Shown piece after piece: positions 1 through 12,750 of a stretch of 64,000 bases of DNA (within the stretch, counting starts at the first letter, position 1; each line of letters opens with the position of its first letter). The notes under the pieces are model-generated. The model was not told the DNA's origin. It made no database searches and saw only the letters and a list, made by a program, of their open reading frames with translations. Made by a program: the position numbers and the translations under genes. This DNA is from Callorhinchus milii (Eukaryota), in assembly GCF_018977255.1 (NCBI RefSeq), contig NW_024704743.1:12774001-12838000 (forward strand), read 5' to 3'.

Positions 1-66
1 ACTGTAAAGCGCTCTGAGACGCCGTCCGGCGTGGAGGGCGCTATATAAATCCAAGTTGTTGTTGTT
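1..66 (+). mobile_element. 3' end of an L2-type LINE
   Basis: gcgct..gacg..cgtg..gcgctatataaat..(gtt)n tail; near-identical copy at 27848-27908. Confidence 0.75.
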
Positions 67-1309
67 GCTGGCAACTCCTTTTATACTCCAGATCTCTTGT
101 TTGTTTGTGGCGAAGAATATTGCATCCAAAGCACCTATGCAAAGAAAATTCTCTCTTCCCTTCATCCCACCAACCCCCTCCACCCCGTTCTCTTGTTACG
201 TTTCACCAACTAAATATACAGTTAATTCACTTCACAGTATATTGTGTGAAGCGCTTTGAGACATTTCGAAGACGTGATAAAGTGCTACATCAAATGCAAA
301 GATTATTATTTTTAATTCAGCTACACAAATTCCAAATTCTCATGCATCAGATAAGAAATGAAAATTCCACGATATGAAGGTACAAGTCTAACAAAGTGTT
401 TTATTGATTGAATTCCAATAGATATCTAATTTCTATAGGAAGTTGCACTTATAAACTTTTACCTAGGTCATTTTGTGAGTCTTGAAACACATTAAAGCAA
501 AATAACTTTCCTTGGTCAGGGAAAAGGTAATTGAATATTTTTCTGAGTTGAGATTGTCTATATTTGAATATGGTCCAACTCTAAGCAAAAGATCTAGAAT
601 TTCTGCACAAGGCACCATAAAAAATTCATACAAACAGAAATAATTCAAATTCCTTCACTTTATTGTCAGGAATTATGCAGGGTTTTGCCTCTCTTCTTTT
701 AGAAATGTTGTCATATCGATCAGACCCTCCTACAACATCCAGGGTCTGAAGATTATGAACACAGGTGACATCTTCTTGCACAGCTACACATCAATCAAGA
801 ATTCAAAATCTTCTCTTCTGAAGATGACCGTACTTAAGTATAGTGTAAGGTCTGAATTACAATGCTCTTCAGGATAGAAGTTTGCATTCTGTCTCTTTTG
901 TAACAATAATCCTATAACATTAATCCTTGTATTTGATATAGTGCCTATACTTGGACAGATTTCGAATGCTTCTTCTTAGTACAAACTCTGAAGTAAGCTG
1001 CATAACCATCTGTGATGTTTTGGAAGTGGTGAAAGGTAACAACTATTGTGATCCTAATGGTTCTAATGGTCAAATGTAGGAAGCAAGCTGCCAAGGAGCA
1101 ACATGCAAGAATATCAATTTATCTTGGATCTGGGCTTTACTCTTCAGCAAGTTGCTGACATTTCGTGTGGCGAAGTCTCTGTTGACTGACTAACTGAATT
1201 AAGATACCTTGGTAATTATGGACAATAATAAGACTCTCCATTCCTATGTTTGTAGTGTTCCGAGGTGATATCCTTTCTGAAGGACATAAGATAAATGCAA
1301 GCTGTTGTT

Positions 1310-1645
1310 GTTGGAGGAGTGCTGCATTGTCAGAGGTGCCGACCTTAAGATGGGACATTAAACTGACGTCTCGTGTGCCTATTCAGGTGGACATTAAAGA
1401 TTCCATGGCACTATTCAAAAAGAGAAGGGGATTCCTCCAAATATGCACTCCATATTTGGGCCACGATCCCCCAAATAAAATTGGTCATTCACTTCATGGT
1501 TGTTTGTGAGACATTGCTATTCACACAATTAGCTGCCATGTTTGCCCACAAAACACACAGTCACTACACTTGGCAGTAAAAGCACTTTGAAACATGTTGA
1601 CAAATGTGATAAGGTGCTACATCAAGTATAACAATTTTTCTATTA
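1310..1645 (+). mobile_element. Old Deu-domain SINE (SacSINE1-like), truncated
   Basis: tcagaggtgcc..ttcaggtgga..aaagattccatggcactattc..attggtcattcac body, shared with several copies in the window. Confidence 0.75.
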
Positions 1646-2807
1646 TAAGAGTTGCTTTGTCTTTAGTATAGATATCCCATCTTCAAATCACACCTGAAGA
1701 CTTTCCTCTTCGACTGCGCCTTCAGTCACCTCTTTCCAGCTTGGCATAAGCTATGGTGATTCCCATGGGCTTAGACAAGCCGCATGGGATCCCCCTTCAG
1801 GAAAAATATATTTTGCAGCCTAGAATTGCTAAATATAAACTCTGTTTCCGTGAATTCTCAGCATCTGAGACAAGAGATCTTATGGCAAGTTGTTGCGGCG
1901 TACATTTACGCACCGAGCTGATGAAAAAAAAGTTCACCATGTTTCATTCAAATAAAATGAATGGCGAGAGCATCAGGAACATAAAGACGTCCTCTATATA
2001 TACTATTTCCATTTCTTGGAGTTCCTTTACTTATTCAAACAATATCTATAACTTTCAGGCTGTAAAACCACTTCAAAAGAAGATTGGAATCATCATCATA
2101 TGAATCAACAATGAACAGTCAGTGCAAGTTCATTCAGATTAAAATAGAACGTTTTGAATGAGACTCAGGAATTTATCCAAAAACATAATTGCACTGTAAA
2201 ACAGATTATTTCTACTGCTAATTCATATTAGACTAAACGTAAAGGATCATGATTCGCCAGTAAAGTCCAAGCATGTGGCCCAGATAAATCTTCATACCAC
2301 CAACATCCAATCTGCATAATTGCTTTCAGATTGTCAATTAAGGTGAAAGTTTGGAATTAATGTAAAATCATACAGATGTAGAATTTACCCCCATGTAAAA
2401 ATTAACAAGGAACAGTTCACACAAAGCCTGGGTCATGTCCTGCCAATGTTGCTCCTATTAATTCTGGAATGGGAGCAGTGTAGTTAATTAGTGAATTGAT
2501 GAGAAAGGAGGGAGTGCCCCCACCCCGCCCGGGGCGAAGCAGTGAGTCCTCTTCCCCACTCTCAGGGCAAGGGAGCAGGCCCTTCATGGTGGCAGAGAGG
2601 CCAAAGAGAGGGTAGGTAGGAAAAGGCAACAAAGGATAAGAATAACTGGAGTCAACATCAGACAAAGGGAATGTATTGGCCAAAATCATTATATCAGTTC
2701 ATGTAATGGACAATAACAGCAAGAGGTTACTGTTAACATGTCCAAATAGTGTGAGGGGAAATAAACAAGGCAAATAGGATGCTTGGCATGATAGTTCAGA
2801 CTCTCAG

Positions 2808-3380
2808 AACAACAACAAAATTACATTTGTATAGCGCCTTTCACGTCGGGAGGACGTCCCAAGGCGCTGGACAGTCAGAGTTTCGGACATGAGCTGGGCG
2901 TCGGGGAGGGTAGGGGGGGAAGCAGGGAAATCGAAAGCACGGTCGAAGAGGAGGGTCTTGAGAGTGGCGAGGGAGGAGGTGAGGTGGAGGAACTGCGGGG
3001 TGGAGTTCCAGAGTGTGGGGGCAGAGTGGCAGAAGGCCCGCCTGCCAATAGTGGGGTGAGCAAGGTGGGGGACGTGAAGCAGGCTACTGAATGGAGGGAG
3101 CGAGCAGGACGGTAGGGGGTTAGGAGGTCGCAGAGGTAGGGGGGGAGCAAGACCTTGGAGGGCTTTGAAGGTGAGTACCTTCCTCTTCCTCTGTGTGATG
3201 GAAAGCCAGTGGAGTCGGGCGAGGATGGGGGTGATAGGTTCACAGAGCCTGGTGCAGGAAAGGACACAGACTGCAGAGTTCTGGATGATCTGCAGCCTAC
3301 GGAGGGAGGAGTTGGGGAGACCGACAAGCAAGGAGTTTGCATAGTTAAGCCTCGATGTAATGAAAACGTGTATGAGGTAC
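2808..3380 (-). mobile_element. L2 LINE 3' fragment
   Basis: Minus-strand SRLNYANSLLVGLP..LQIIQNSA..ITPILARLHWL (L2 ORF2 C-terminus) plus conserved 3' tail. Confidence 0.92.
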
Positions 3381-3767
3381 TCAAGCAGTACAGTGCTAGG
3401 TGCACCTACAATGTGCAGACCTGATGGCACCGGATACAAGAACTACCTAACCCTTAGAAAAATGCAGAAAACAGCAATAATGAGGACGATGATGATGATG
3501 ATGAGCTATGAAAAACGACCTGAATGAGCAAGGACTCTTCAGCCTCAAAAAANGATGAGATGATGTGGGTTTTATGGACAACAGTATTGGCTAAGTAGGA
3601 GAAGAGCAGAATCATTTCTTCCAGGTTTTCACCAGGGAATCAAACTAAGAATGCAGCAGGAAGAGTAAGATTCCCTTCCTTCTCACACGTCCAATCCTGC
3701 TGCAGTCACATCAGCAACTCAAAACAAGCCTGTGAGTTTCTTCAAAGAATAAAAATACTGCCTTATT

Positions 3768-4091
3768 GGAGTCCTGTAGCTCAGTGGTTAGAGCACTCGC
3801 TTTGCAAGTGAGAGACCTGAGTTCAATTCCAGGCAGAGGGCGAAACCTTGGGCAAGTTTCCTTACTCCACACAGAGCCTAATAATAATCCCTCCAAAACC
3901 AAAAATAATAATAAATTGGTCATTTTCAATCCACGGCTGTTTGTGGGACATTGCTGTGCGCAATTGGCTGCCGCGTTCGCCCACAAATATACAGTCAATT
4001 CACTTTACAGTGTGTTCTGTGAAGCGCTTTGGGACGTCCTCCTGACGTGAAAAGCGCTATATCAAATGCAAGGATTATTATTATTATTATT
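3768..4091 (+). mobile_element. Young full-length tRNA-derived Deu-domain SINE
   Basis: tRNA-like head with A box TAGCTCAGTGG, TGC anticodon loop and B box GTTCAATTC; core ttgctgtgcgcaattggctgccgcgtt; L2-like tail; (TTA)n end. Confidence 0.92.
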
Positions 4092-5169
4092 GAACTTAAT
4101 AAAATGCTAAACATAATTTATCACATGACCATATCCCCCCTGCTCGGGTCCTGACCCAAAATGCACAGTCCCAACATACCCCATTTCAAAATTATGAAAA
4201 CTAATCAATTAAGAAATGATTTTCAATTCTGAAATTGTTTTCTGTTGATAGCAACTATTTTTGTTTATAATTTCAGGAATGCTCATTTACACTTCCAATC
4301 TCAACCATGCCACTACAGCCAGGTACTAAATAATAGACCAGACACTTTCCCACAGGGAGGGAGAGAGAAAGACCGAAACCTGGGAACTTCCAATACAGTA
4401 TCTGCTTCAGCACTAAGGTTAAGGTTGTGATCTGGACGAGGGAAGCTTTGCAGTGTGTGGACTTCAGAAAGGATCCCTCATGCATTGGAGACCCACAAAC
4501 TGCTCCATCAAGTTGCAGGGCCATGAAATCTTTATCAATCTCAGCCATATCATCCTGAGGAGGAGGTACTGCATAAAAGCTAGACAGCACTCCACAAGAA
4601 CATAGGAAAGTCACTCGTTGGCACAAACACATGAATTTCAAAAGTGAGCTTGGAGAAGTGCGAGCAACTGCACCATCTGCCTGTTCTGCTGGAAACAGTG
4701 CATGGCAGGAAGGGGGGAAAGATTTTGCAAACTCAGTGAATGACTTCAGCAGCTACGCAAAAGTTATATTTCAACAAAAAGCATTTAATTGTCATATGAA
4801 TCCATTGCTTCAACAATTTCCATGGCCTCTGTGTGGACTGTGTCATGGCATGCAAAGACTGCTAAGCAAGGATTTGTAAAATTAGGTTTTTTCAAGCTAC
4901 AATACTTTTTGCTTTCACTTTAAAACCATAATGAAATGGAATTGTCATTCACAATAACAACTTGTGTTTATATAATACTCTTTACATAGGACAATGTCTT
5001 CTAGCAATTCACAAACAACATCATCAAGATATTACAGCACATCAAGAAGGGGCCTACCGAACATTTGCACTAGTCTAGGTGAGTCTGTTTTCAATCAATA
5101 TTTTGTTTCTATATTTTTCTTGATTTAATATTTCTTGATTTAATGCAAGTCATAAATAACAGACAAAGC

Positions 5170-6382
5170 CATCTCCGATCACCATTTCATCTCCTTTAAC
5201 TCCTCAATCCCCCTCCTCACTGCCACCAAACCCATCCCCATCTCTTACTGCCCCTGAAAAAACATCTCCCCGCAATCCCTCTCCGCTGTCCTGAAGTCAT
5301 CTGAACTCCTCCCCCTCTGGCCTACCTCCCGCACTAACTTATCCTCCTTGCTCACACTCCTCCACAATTCCCTCTCCACCACTCTCGATTCACTTGTCCC
5401 CCTCACCTCCTGAATTGCCTCCTACTCATGCACCTCACCCTGGTACACCAGTCACCTCCGTTCCCTCAAGGAACGGAACGTACATCAAAACTTATTGCTC
5501 AGCCCTCGCCTCCACTAAATCATCCTTCTACTCCAAGTTAATTTTGGAGGCGAAGTACAATCCCAGGGTCCTATTTTCCACCACCATCGGTCCACCCTCC
5601 CACACCTCACCATTCTCTCCTCAAGCTCCGACTGTGAGGAGATGCTGGATTTCCTCAAGTCCAAAATATTTTCAAACCTGTCTACCCCTCCTCTCTCAGC
5701 ACCACCATATCCAGCATGAAACACAACACCTGCTCTCTTGACCCCATCCTCACCCATCTCCTTACCTCCCAGCTCCACCTCCTCGCCCCTCTCTCTCCGA
5801 CACCATCAATCTCTCCCTATCATCTGGCACCATTCCCTTCCATCTAAATACAGCTATAATCATCCCCATTCTGGAAAATCCTTCCCTGGACCCATCTCTG
5901 CTTTCTAACTACAGGCCCATCTCCAACCTCCTTTTTCTTTCCAAGGTCCTTGAAACAGTCGTTGCTTCCCAGCTTCCCTCCTTCTTCTCCTACCATCCAA
6001 TCGGGTTTCCTTGCATCGCTGGTCAAGATCACAAACAACATCTTGTCCATCTGTGACCAGGGCTCTCTCTACCTCCTCGTCCTCCTCGACCTCTTTGCTG
6101 CCTTCGATACCGTTGACTACTCCATTCTCCTCCACCACCTCTCCTCTCACCTCAACCTTCAAGGTTCTGTCCTTGAATGCTTCAAGTCTTATCTCTCACA
6201 CAGTCTCCAATTTGTCTCCGCCAACGGTTTCTCTTCCAGCCCCCTCATAGTCTTGTGCAGTGTTCCTCAGGGCTCTGTCCTCGATCCCCTCCTCTTCAAC
6301 CTCTACATGCTCCCTCTTGGTGACATCATCCGCAGACATGGGGTCATTTTTCACATGTACGTGGATGACACCCAACTCTATC
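5170..6382 (+). mobile_element. L2 LINE ORF2 fragment (RT region), 5' part, degenerate
   Basis: NYRPISNL, QSGF, LLDLFAAFDTVD, VPQGSVLDPLLF, HMYVDDTQLY motifs with frameshifts. Confidence 0.93.
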
Positions 6383-7542
6383 CTGTACCTGACCGTCTCC
6401 TATTTACATCCCCCACAAGGATGGTCTGTAGGCCCTCTGCTTCCACCTCGAACAGAGGCCCAACCAGTCTCCACCACCACCCTCCTCTGCCTGGCTGAAA
6501 TTGTTCTGACCTTGAACAACTTCACTTTCAACTCCAACCACTTCCTCAAGTAAAAGGTGTCTCTATGGGAACCTGCATAGTCCCAGCTATGCTCGCCTGT
6601 TTGTTGGCCACCTGGAACACTCCACTCCTTGACCTGTTCCTCAGACATTGACAACTATGTTGGGGCTGCTTCTACTCTCGCAGTGAGCTGGAAAAATTAA
6701 TCAATTTCCCTTCCTCCCCTCCATAACATTTACATGGCCCATCTCCGACTCTTCCCTTCCTCAACTTCACCATTTCCATCTCGGAGCATAGATTATCTAC
6801 AGATACCTTTTACAAGCCTGGACTACACCTCCTCCCACCCCACCTCCTGTAAAGACTCCTCTACATTGGGAGACCAAACGCAGATTGGTGACTGATTTGC
6901 CGAACACCTCTGTTCTGTCACAAGCACAACCCTGAGCTTCCGGTTTCTTGCCACTTCAACTCTCCCTCCCACTTGCACTCTGACCTCTCCATCCATGATC
7001 TCCTTCGCTGTTCCAATGAAACCGCAGCACAAGCTCAAGGAACAGCACCCCATTTATCTGCGAGGGAATTTACAGCCCTCTGTCTTCAATACTGATCTCA
7101 ATAATTCCAGACCATAACACCTCACCTTCCCCCTCCCCCTCTTCTGTGACATTACCACATCATCTAGGTCCTAGACACACCTTTTCTCTCTCTCGTCTGC
7201 CTGTTTTGGTGTAATTTTCCCCCCTTTGGTTTTGCAGTATTAATGCCTCTTTACCCTTGTTTTGTTGCAATACCCCCTTTTGCTTCGCATCATTAACACC
7301 TCTTTCACTCATCATCCCCTATCCTCTACCCCATTTTCTACTTTGTCTTCCTTGCCCTACCTCTCCCTTCTCTGTTAGCCCTTAAAAGCCTCTCAACATG
7401 GCCCAGTTCTGATGAAGGGATGTGGACCCGAAACGTTGACTCACTTTCCTTTCTCCATAGCTGCTGCCTGACCTGCTGAGTGTTCCCAGTGACTTCTACT
7501 TTTGTTTCAGATTTCCAGCATCAGCTGTATTTTGAGTTTTGT
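6383..7542 (+). mobile_element. Penelope-like element fragment nested in L2
   Basis: LTLNNFTFNSNHF..GVSMGT (PLE RT motif), decayed RFAEHL-like GIY-YIG region, C/T-rich spacer, then terminal repeat with CTGATGA..GAAA. Confidence 0.85.
7405..7441 (+). ncRNA. Minimal hammerhead ribozyme motif in the Penelope terminal repeat
   Basis: agtt-CTGATGA-a-ggg(atgtgga)ccc-GAAA-cgtt-gact: catalytic core, stem I agtt/gact, palindromic AACGTT stem III. Confidence 0.7.
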
Positions 7543-8423
7543 CTATCTCTATGCCTCCAACCTCGATTCCAGGACAACTGACATCCTGTCAGATATCAAA
7601 TCCTGGATGAAAGCCAACTTTCTACAGCTGAATGTCAGCAAGACCGAGGCCCTCTTGATTGGCTCACGCCAGTGTATCCTCACCTCAGGCACTGGCAACA
7701 TCAGCGTCCACAGAAGCACACTCCACCTCACCAAGCCATGACTCTCTCTGCCTTCCCCCACCTCCGCAACATTACCCGACTTCGCCATTACCTCACCCCT
7801 CAGGTCGCCAAAACCCTCATACACACATTCATCACTTCAAGGCTTGAGTACGGAAACTCCCTCCTTGTCGGCCTCCCCAACGCTTCCCTCCACAAGCTGT
7901 AGATCATCCAGAACTCTGCAGCTTGTGTCCTCTCCAGCACCAGGTTCCATGACCCCATCACCTCCACCCTCGTCCGGCTCCACTGACTCCCCATCCCTCA
8001 AAGGATAGAATTCAAAATCCTCATCCTCACTTTCAAGGCTGGCCACGGCCTTGCCTTCTCCTACATCTCTGACCTGCTGACCCCCTATCAACCTGTCTGC
8101 TCCCTCTGCTCTGCAGACTCCAGCCTGCTCCATGTCTCCTGCCCGACCTGCCCTACCATCAGCAGCTGGGCCTTCAGCCTCTCTGTCCCCACCCTTTTGA
8201 ACTCCCTTTGCCTTGCTCCCTCCCTTGCCTCCTTCAAGGCACGACTCAAGACCCTTTTTGACCGTGCCTTCAGCAGCCCTCCTACCTTTCTGTCCTCCCT
8301 CATCCCAACCCTGCCCCCCACCCCCCCAACACTCGGGTCCTGAACCCAGTTGTTCAGCGCCTTGGGACGTCCTCCCGACATGAAAGGCGCTTTACTATGT
8401 AATTTTGTTGTTCGTGTTGTTGA
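7543..8423 (+). mobile_element. L2 LINE continuation to the 3' end
   Basis: Resumes at LY(L)S..DIKSWMKANFLQLNVSKTE, then SRLEYGNSLL and the 3' tail. Confidence 0.93.
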
Positions 8424-9869
8424 CTAAGGCAGTCCCAAGGCTGTGGATGGGGTAGAAACTGGATTCTAGGAGCTCAATGGCCTTCTTCTGTGCTGTAAAT
8501 TTCTATGGTTCTATCGAATTGGCAACAGTAGGATTGTGCTGCCTGTCACGATTTATATCCCTGTTCTCCCACAATAGGTCCATTAATTATTCAGACGCCA
8601 ACACACACAAGCGTCTTGTTAAATTACCACATCTATCTGATGTTTTCTTTCCTTTATCACTGATTTTACCATTGGAAAAGTCAGACTTTTCGGTATCAGG
8701 CATTTATCGGCAATGAAAAAAGTGGACAAGGAAAAATGATGTTAAATGCTGGTACTGGCATTAAATGGAACTTTCAGCTTGCTCTCCCAAATCTCTCTCT
8801 CTCCCCCCGCCCCACCCCTCTATTAGTCCAGCCAGCTGGGATTTTAGTGTATATCAACATGTCTCCCATTGTATTATTCTCCCCTTCTCCAAGCAATAGC
8901 AGCAGCTCCCTCCCACTGATTCTAGAAAGCGAGTAAACTAAAAGTTCATGTTCAAGAACCTCGTTGTCACTCTTAAATCCCTCCTGGTCTCATGCCACCT
9001 GCGAATCTCCTCAAACCCTAGCAACCCAGCTGCTTCCTTCATCCATTGGTGGTAGCAGAAGAGAAAGAATACATTGAATTGTTTGTTTCAACTCAAATGA
9101 CAATCTGTTTGCAACATCTATCCTACTGACTCAACAACATCAACAACAACTTGCATTTATATAGCGACCTTCATGCCGGATGGAGTCTCAGAACGTTCGG
9201 TGTTGACTCAGCATCAATAACTCCAGCATTATTCAGCCTCATCCAATGAAGGAGCCACTCACTGCTCCACAATCCACTGCAAAGTATATGCAGTAATAGA
9301 TTTGCATTCCATTTTTTGAGGTGAGATGAATCTATTTCAATAACCACTGACATGTTATTGATATAGCTTCTGATTTTTAAAGCACTATGCTGGGATTCTG
9401 AAAAGGATGACAATAGAGGAGGTGATGCATTTCGCAACTTCAAGGGCTTGCTATGGATACCTGAGAAATTTTCTCTTATAAAAGGAGGTAACATAATGGT
9501 GGATGAACCAAACATTTTGGTTAAGGCTAATGTTCATAGCAACTACAAGTGTAGGCCTGTCGTATTTGACCTGCAATAAATGTCAAATCATAATGCTGCA
9601 GTCATTTGCAAAGCATATTAAACAGAATGGGCGTATGGTGATAAGGTAGTTGTGAGGACAAATGGCTTTGATCAATGGTTCAATATTGTCAGAAGTTTCC
9701 TTGCTATACAGTAAGCAGACATAAAAATACATTTTCATCTTCTAATGTACCACTGACTAAATAAAACACAGAAATGTAATTAACATATATTGTTACACTC
9801 TTTTGGACACTGTGCCCCTTGGCTAAGATGAGAAATCACAATCGTCAGCAACAATTGTTCACTACTTGC

Positions 9870-10240
9870 TCAGTCACTGCCATCGAACCCCGGTTTTCAA
9901 CCTTTCCTGAGAAAAGTTCATCTTCACATACAAGCAAACAGCACTGTGAAAACACAACTGTAGGTGGAACAAGAAATGCAGTTTTCACAGTGCATTTCTC
10001 CACATCCAGGAAAACAAGAACAGTGGTAATATGGGACCATCACCACCTCCAGGTTCCCCTCGAAATGACTCACCATCGTGCCTTGGGACACATAGCCATC
10101 TTCATCCTCACCCAATCAAAATCCTGGAACTTCCAACTGTGGAGCACAATCACTACAGCGGTTTGAAGTGCAAGTTCTTCACAACCATCTCAGGACAACC
10201 ATGATGGACAATAAATCCTAGTGTTGCCAACATCATCCAA
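9870..10240 (+). mobile_element. Old CR1-group LINE 3' end
   Basis: ccaccacctccaggttcccctc..caaaatcctggaact..cagcggtttgaag..gatggacaataaat; resembles a LINE 3' end I recall as common in sharks. Confidence 0.55.
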
Positions 10241-12339
10241 ATAATAATAATAATCCTTGCATTTGACATAGCTCCTTATAATGTCATTGAGACGTCTCAA
10301 GACTCTTCACAGAATATATTTTAAAGTGGATTGACTGTATATTTTGTGGGCGGAACATTTTATACAGTGCCTCATCACGCAGCCACTTAAGACACAGTAA
10401 TGTCTTACAAACAGTCATGGATTGAGTGACCAAATTTGGTCCAGGTCCAAGATGAATACATAAAACAAACATTTCTCCATCAAGTATTTTAATACTAAAC
10501 ACATTCAATCCATCAAAAATGCAAATTTCGGATGACAATATCAAAAGCATTCAAAACAAAACCACCCACTCTAAGTTGAAGAGTTATATTCCAACTAATG
10601 TGTTGATCTGTTCAATATTTAATTATTGATTAATTAGCCAGCTTGACTTTTCTTTTGTGGCAGTATTCTTAAAGGAGAGAGGGAAAAAGCCAGTAAAGTG
10701 AACACCAGTTATGACAGGTAAAGTTGGAAGTATGGTGAGGTGGTGACTTATTTTGGAAATATTAATAATTCTTGCATTTGATATAGCACGTTATCCACAT
10801 CATTGAGCCATCGCAAAGGATTTTATCATGAAGTGTAGTGATTGTGTATTCATAGGCAAACATTGCAGCAACTTGCAAAGAGTAATGCCCCATAAACAGC
10901 CATAAATTGAATACATTTCATGAATCCCCTGACACTATTCAAAAAGAGAAGGGAGTGTCCTGGCCAACAATCACCCAAATAAAATTGGCCAATCACATCA
11001 TGGCTGTTTTTAGGACATTGCAATGTGCAAATTGGCTTTCACGTTCGTTCACAAAATACACACAGTCACACTACTTTACAATATATCCCGTGAAGCTCTT
11101 TGAGACGTCTCAATTATGCGATGACGCACTGTATAAAATGTAAGGATTATTATTATAACTCACACACATACACAAACACACATACCCAGTTGCATCTGCA
11201 CACCGTCTAACTCACACTCACACAAACAGTTGCGCACGCACACACACACACACAACCCATGCAAAGCTCAATCTCAGGTTTGCTCAGACTTGTCAGAATA
11301 TTCCATGTTTACTTTATGTTAGCTCAGAGAGCTACCGCAGATCTGCCTTCTTTCTGATTAATTTTGTATCAATAATAAAATAAGTTCACCTCTGTACATC
11401 AAGTTAAGTTCAAATCAGAAATAATGTCACAAACATTCTTATTCAATAAAGATACGGACACTATAAATTCAAGGACATATTACATTTCTGCATTACCGAG
11501 AGCTGTTGTAACAGTTATATGCTAATCTGTCAACAAAGGGGTTAAAGCAGACTTGAGGTATCAGTGTATTTTTAGAAAGGCCATGTCTCAATGTGCATTA
11601 ATCCATCTCTGCATTTGCACTGCTCAAGGCTTGCACAAAGGAAATATCATATCACTCTCGGCAGTGCCTTCAATATGGATCTGCATATCATAAACCTGAT
11701 TTGCTCATTACAGTATGACCAGGTAATTTTATATATCACATGTCTAACCTTCTAACCCGTTACTTTCACAATGACAACTATAATGAGAAACTGCAGACTG
11801 CCCTTCAGTCTTTAAGTATAATGTGTTTCTTTTACTGTTTGTAAAACCTAAAAAATGGTGTATTAAGGGGAAATGCAAATCGCTTCTCTGTATTAAAGGG
11901 AAACGACAGAGTGATTATAGTTATAAGGCAGTCATTAAAGCTGTGAAGCTCTTTCTGACATCCTTCTGACGTGCAAGGTGCTGTATAAATGTAAATTATT
12001 ATTTTATTCACTTCAAACTCCACACCCTCAACTCCTTTCATGCCCCACCCTATACACGAACATCAGTGGCCAAGTCTTCAGCTACTTTGCCAATAACCTC
12101 TGGAACTCCCTCCCTCTACCCCTCCAATCTGTCTTTAAATTCCACCTAAATATGTATCTGTGACTGAGCCCATGGTCCCCTCCCTTTCCCACTCCCTCTT
12201 TCCCCTTTGCTCTTCACCCTTGATCAGTGTCTGACTTGTCTCTGTGAAGTGAAGATGTTATCCTACATGAAGGGCACTGTACAAATGCTAACAGTTGTTG
12301 TTATTGTTGAATAGGTTACATCTTGCTTATATCTGGTCA

Positions 12340-12750
12340 GCCTGGCCCTGTGGTAACACTCTCGTCTCTGAGTCAGAAGGTTGTGATTTCAAGAAATACG
12401 TCAGAACTTGGACATGACCGTGCTGGGGGCTTTTGTATTGTCAGAGGTTCCATCCTTCCGATGAGATGTTAAACAGCGGTCCTATCTGCCTGTTCAGGTG
12501 GATGTTAAAGATCCCATGGGATGATTCAAAAAGGGAAGGGAGTTTCTCTCGTGTCCGAGCCAACATATTCCAATATGAAATTGGTCATTCACTCCTTGGC
12601 TGTTTGTGGGACATCGCTGTGCGCAACTGGCTGCCCCGTTTCGCCCACAAAAAACAGTCAATCCACTTTACAGTATATCCTGTGAACCGCTTTGAGATGT
12701 CTCAAAGTCTTGATAAGGTGGTATGTCATATACAAGGATTATTATTATTG
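12340..12750 (+). mobile_element. Old Deu-domain SINE (SacSINE1-like), near full length
   Basis: Head ggtaacactctcgtctctgagtcagaaggttgtg, long Deu body and tail. Confidence 0.85.

Noticed and set aside
380..1240. Possible decayed coding sequence
   Set aside because: Partial translation gave no recognisable motif and frequent stops.
3553..3553. Single N base
   Set aside because: Assembly ambiguity, not biology; local contiguity is slightly uncertain.
3768..3840. tRNA-Ala(TGC) gene
   Set aside because: It is the head of a SINE: no proper acceptor stem or terminator, and it is followed by the SINE body in multiple copies.
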